Part shown: positions 61,601 to 64,000 of the stretch, piece after piece
How the letters are laid out: every line of letters begins with the position of its first letter
Position numbering within the stretch: the first letter of the stretch is position 1
From: Kiritimatiellia bacterium
GTDB taxonomy: Bacteria; Verrucomicrobiota; Kiritimatiellia; RFP12; JBMNHG01
Direction: 5' to 3'
DNA length: 64,000 nucleotides
NCBI GenBank assembly: GCA_050950285.1
Contig: JBMNHG010000008.1
Location: 124,001-188,000 of the forward strand
The notes under the pieces: model-generated
What the model was told of the DNA's origin: nothing
What the model saw: the letters and a program-made list of their open reading frames with translations, nothing else
Databases searched by the model: none
Position numbers and translations under genes: made by a program

Positions 61601-61861
61601 GCGCAAGGCGCGATGGCCGTCTCCCGCGAAGGCGGCACCCGCATCGTCGAGGCCACCCTCTCCTGGAGCGAAATCCCCGAGGTGAAGAAGGCGCTCGACG
61701 AAGGCCGCCCCGTGAAGTTCTCCTTCCGCGTGAACGACAACGGGAGCAACGCCCTCCTCGAACTCTCGCGCGATCGCTCCGTCGCGAAGATCAACCTCTC
61801 CTTCCACGCCGATTGGACCGAACACTGGGCCAACGAACTCGCCTTCGGCTGGGAGAAGTGA
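58691..61861 (+). CDS. Secreted clan GH-A-like glycoside hydrolase with C-terminal CBM9/DOMON-like domain
   Basis: Signal peptide; LWNEP (acid/base), SIHY, IWDTES (nucleophile); VDGRLDDW..LAYDD..FAAKIAD. Confidence 0.7.
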   Translation: MRYARFVLACAASALAAVSALAQMVVGSNIPGYHATFGLDTNKTDFLWSAQFITSSVPGNVAWPGDVPSFTFQVFAKGDRPVKADATVELVEYGTRGRPGDIWVPDMFLIRKHGRTPVVLDLPAGGFQDYVVTPEVPETFGGYALVLDLGGDLGRQFLCAFVRVRKPVPSDVLYPQLALDVNDPAVLSRLGGYPNRIGIGYKLTTDADFGPWWDNLAQTLQGYHDARLPITLEIGGGSFYGEHQPLGRPRPWLSDEGVMLDTKFDLAWLPRYDADFRIFVKRIVAEFGWPRGPINGIKLWNEPWNGISISGWGADDERYREIFRVMCEATREACAESGNTVLIGGCDSSSNTFDKLFADGSDDWLQYLDFCSIHYQGMQPPSTVKAWVDRQHPNGRVRIWDTESWVANCDDRVAAVVAVNLSTGHDRAVGIYGGSICTEWHSTGRTIKERDENGAIRDKRIHINDTWAAGAAVAATSHFIGQRPFRELLFKNGLPWVMVFDGLPGPGGEPDPEDGTVVVVGDIGEEFGANHLLFRTARGFAERRNKAALRAELDALPPDADPEVRASLIRKIETPESLSGAEMAIKASGKRFALYDFYGNPVPPRWGTIRVPLDGRGFFLRGNGQPGSFARLLDAIRASKVTGIEPIATVAYDLTAPVGTNPELLLDLTCVLNRDVKGTLSVTLGGLQLENAVQRLAIGANETRRIALRVAGGAPSPDNTYPLEVVFDAGRDGRVVFTEDLHVNFIARRPIVVDGRLDDWEGVLPQSVRDTGKGAVTLAEAAWLPFKKYDDSIQDGFATGFLAYDDAGFHFAAKIADSTPDPDGLPRFAAFDEDEYFYPATSYSERFERTQILPIVNSDPAGERVPLHWPEGVRRYSYRKDPVLPCGNAPRRDNVQIAFNVLPAEEKDCYPCPPGTMPGYIGYRDTDYEFGLNTVGPAYGGGTEIWRLRVPGMPSKHFYPRSPASPFDGPAQGAMAVSREGGTRIVEATLSWSEIPEVKKALDEGRPVKFSFRVNDNGSNALLELSRDRSVAKINLSFHADWTEHWANELAFGWEK

Positions 61862-61914
61862 TCCGCAAGAATGGCAGTTCCCCCTTGAACGCCCGACGTA
61901 TCATGAAACATGGC

Positions 61915-64000
61915 ATGAAGCAAAACCTCCCGACGACGCTGCGCCGCCTGGCGGCGGCGGGCATGTGCGCGTGGCTGGCGGCCGGATGCAGCACGACGGC
62001 CATGAAGGGCACGCCCTTCTATACGGGGGAGTATGCCGCCCGCAAGGGACCGGCCGAGAACCGCGTCAACCTCTGGCCGCTGGCCTACTACCGCGATCCG
62101 GCGCTCTCCATCCTCTGGCCTCTCGGCGAGTACACCGGCGACCGCTTTGCCATCCGCCCCATCTTCTCGATCGAGGACCTCGATACGGAACACCCGGTCT
62201 ACAACGTGCTCTGGCCGCTGGGGCGCTTCGATGCGCGTCGTGGCGACAACCGCCTCTTCCCCTTCTTCTGGGGCCGCGACTACCGCGTGGCCTTCCCGCT
62301 CTACTGGCACGACGGCCAGCCGCTGGGCCGGAAGCAAGGCTCGGACTCGCTCTTCCCGCTCTGGCTCTACTTCCGCGACCACGAGCAGTACAGCCTGCAC
62401 CTGCTCTGGCCCCTCTTCAACGTCAAGTCCTACGACGACCATGAGGGCTGGCGGGTCTGGCCGCTGGCCGGACACTACGAGCGCCCCAGGCAGCGCCGGG
62501 GATACGCCTATGCGCTCTGGCCGCTGGGCTGGCACGAGTGGTCGGATGACGACAACGAGGAATCGTGGACCCTCCTGCCGATCTTCCAGGCCTCGCACAC
62601 CCCGCGCGAGAAGAGCGTCCAGACGCTGCTGGGGGGCTGGCGTCGCGATGCGGCGGGCACGGCGACGGATTGGTGGGCGCTGCCGATCCTGGGCGGCGGC
62701 CACCACTCGCCGACGGAATCGCGCGCCCATGCGCTGCTGGGACTCTACGGCCACCACCGCGACGAGGCGTCGCACGGCAGCCGCCTGCTGCCGCTCTACT
62801 ACCACAAGGCCACGGCCGACGACAGCCTCTTCCTCTCGCCGCTCTACCTTTCGCGCACGACGGCGGACGCGGGCGGCTGGACCCTGGTGCCGCCCCTCGC
62901 CCTCCACCGTCACTCCGCAAACGCCTCCGCCTTCTACAGCCTGCTCTATTCGCAGGGCTCCGACCGCAAGAAGGAGCGCAACTGGTCGTGCCTGCTGCCG
63001 CTCTACTATGCCGGCCGCGACCCTCAGGGCTCTTCCTTCGTCACCGCGCTGGGTGGCTGGTGGAGGGGCGACGCGGGCCGCACCTGGATCGTCTATCCGC
63101 TCCTGTCGGGCGGGCGCCGCCGCGCCGACGGCGGCGAGCTGTGGGTGGGCGGCCCGATCTTCCACGCTTCCTGGGATGCGAAGGGGCGTTCCCATTGGCT
63201 CCTGCCGCTCTATGCCTACGACCACACCGACAACTCCTTCTTCTCGCTGCCCTACAGTTCATGGACCGCGGAAGGCGACCGCACGGTGCGCCTCTCCCCC
63301 CTCCTGCTCTCTGCCCACACCGGCGACGCGGCGCGCTGGGATTTTTGGACATTGGGCGGGCTGGGGCACTTCAGCGGTGGTGCGCAGGGCGGCTCAAGCC
63401 ATCTCTTTCCACTCTACTATGGCAACCGCCGCACCGGCACGTGGGTGAGCCCGCTCTACGCTTCATGGAAAGAGGGGCGTGGACGCGAACACCTCGTTCC
63501 GCCGTTGCTCACCGGCTGGCGTGTCCATGACGACCATCATACCGAACACTTCGTGAGTCCGCTCTATGCCTTCCGGGAAGAGGGGCACGGGCGCACGTAC
63601 GGCATCCCGCTGCTCTTCTCCTCCTATTCCCGCAGCAGCGAAGAGCGCGACCTGGTTGGCCTGCTGGGGCTCTTCCATGCCCGCTGGGATTGCCATCCCA
63701 GCCGTCGCGCCGGCCACCTGCTGCCGCTCTACTGCTACGACGACGGGATGTTCCTGACGCCGCTGGCCGGTTCCCTGGAGCGCGACGGCACCACCAGCAG
63801 CTACTGGCTGACCCCGCTCTTCGGCACGCGCACGGGCAGCACGCGCGGCAGTTGGCTCTTCCCGCTCTACAGCCACGGCAGCAAGCCGGATCTCGATACG
63901 AGCGAGGGCTCGTTCCTGCTTCTGGGCAAGTACCGTCGCTCGCCGCAGGAGGATGAGACAGGCTTCCCGCTGCTCTTCAAGCACGAGCGCTGGCGCAGCT
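61915..64000 (+). CDS. Lipoprotein with many L(W/F/L)PL(Y/F) repeats, runs off the window
   Basis: Translated by hand (absent from the ORF track because there is no stop): MKQNLPTTLRRLAAAGMCAWLAAGC lipobox, then NLWPLAY, ILWPLG, LFPFFW, LLPLYY; alternative ATG 61903. Confidence 0.8.
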   Translation, partial: MKQNLPTTLRRLAAAGMCAWLAAGCSTTAMKGTPFYTGEYAARKGPAENRVNLWPLAYYRDPALSILWPLGEYTGDRFAIRPIFSIEDLDTEHPVYNVLWPLGRFDARRGDNRLFPFFWGRDYRVAFPLYWHDGQPLGRKQGSDSLFPLWLYFRDHEQYSLHLLWPLFNVKSYDDHEGWRVWPLAGHYERPRQRRGYAYALWPLGWHEWSDDDNEESWTLLPIFQASHTPREKSVQTLLGGWRRDAAGTATDWWALPILGGGHHSPTESRAHALLGLYGHHRDEASHGSRLLPLYYHKATADDSLFLSPLYLSRTTADAGGWTLVPPLALHRHSANASAFYSLLYSQGSDRKKERNWSCLLPLYYAGRDPQGSSFVTALGGWWRGDAGRTWIVYPLLSGGRRRADGGELWVGGPIFHASWDAKGRSHWLLPLYAYDHTDNSFFSLPYSSWTAEGDRTVRLSPLLLSAHTGDAARWDFWTLGGLGHFSGGAQGGSSHLFPLYYGNRRTGTWVSPLYASWKEGRGREHLVPPLLTGWRVHDDHHTEHFVSPLYAFREEGHGRTYGIPLLFSSYSRSSEERDLVGLLGLFHARWDCHPSRRAGHLLPLYCYDDGMFLTPLAGSLERDGTTSSYWLTPLFGTRTGSTRGSWLFPLYSHGSKPDLDTSEGSFLLLGKYRRSPQEDETGFPLLFKHERWRS

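Overview
High-GC bacterial chromosomal window. The murD-LysM-ftsW order, the alpha2-type GlyRS, giant secreted proteins and a terminal GGTLLLLR motif suggest a PVC-superphylum organism, possibly Kiritimatiellota (inference). Most of the window is housekeeping: acpP, fabF, cysNC, ftsW, LysM lipoprotein, murD, glyQS, psd, pssA, sbp, cysK, fabH, mutY, HIT, purB, ettA, a FadL-like porin and secA. It also encodes large secreted proteins: a ~3070-aa modular protein, a four-module beta-helix protein, two glycoside-hydrolase-like proteins and an LWPL-repeat lipoprotein. The standout is an ~11.8-kb accessory block (36378-48193) bounded by a 22-bp inverted repeat. It holds five same-strand cassettes. 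Each begins with a 5'-truncated copy of one conserved high-GC 'stalk' module (DxNxDG loop, ending CEDRVRLT) and continues into an unrelated lower-GC region. The four surviving C-terminal domains are one transglutaminase-like Cys-His-Asp domain, two zincin metalloproteases and one unknown domain; cassette 3 has lost its domain by deletion. Each cassette is followed by one or two partner genes, mostly signal-peptide-bearing and HEAT/TPR-like or unknown. The stalk copies are recombinant mosaics and three of the five effector halves are broken, while the partner ORFs stay open. This is the architecture of an orphan-cassette reservoir of a polymorphic toxin/immunity (or variable surface protein) system, with a stalk I cannot assign to CdiA, Rhs, MafB or LXG. 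No rRNA, tRNA, CRISPR array, integrase, transposase or reverse transcriptase was recognised.
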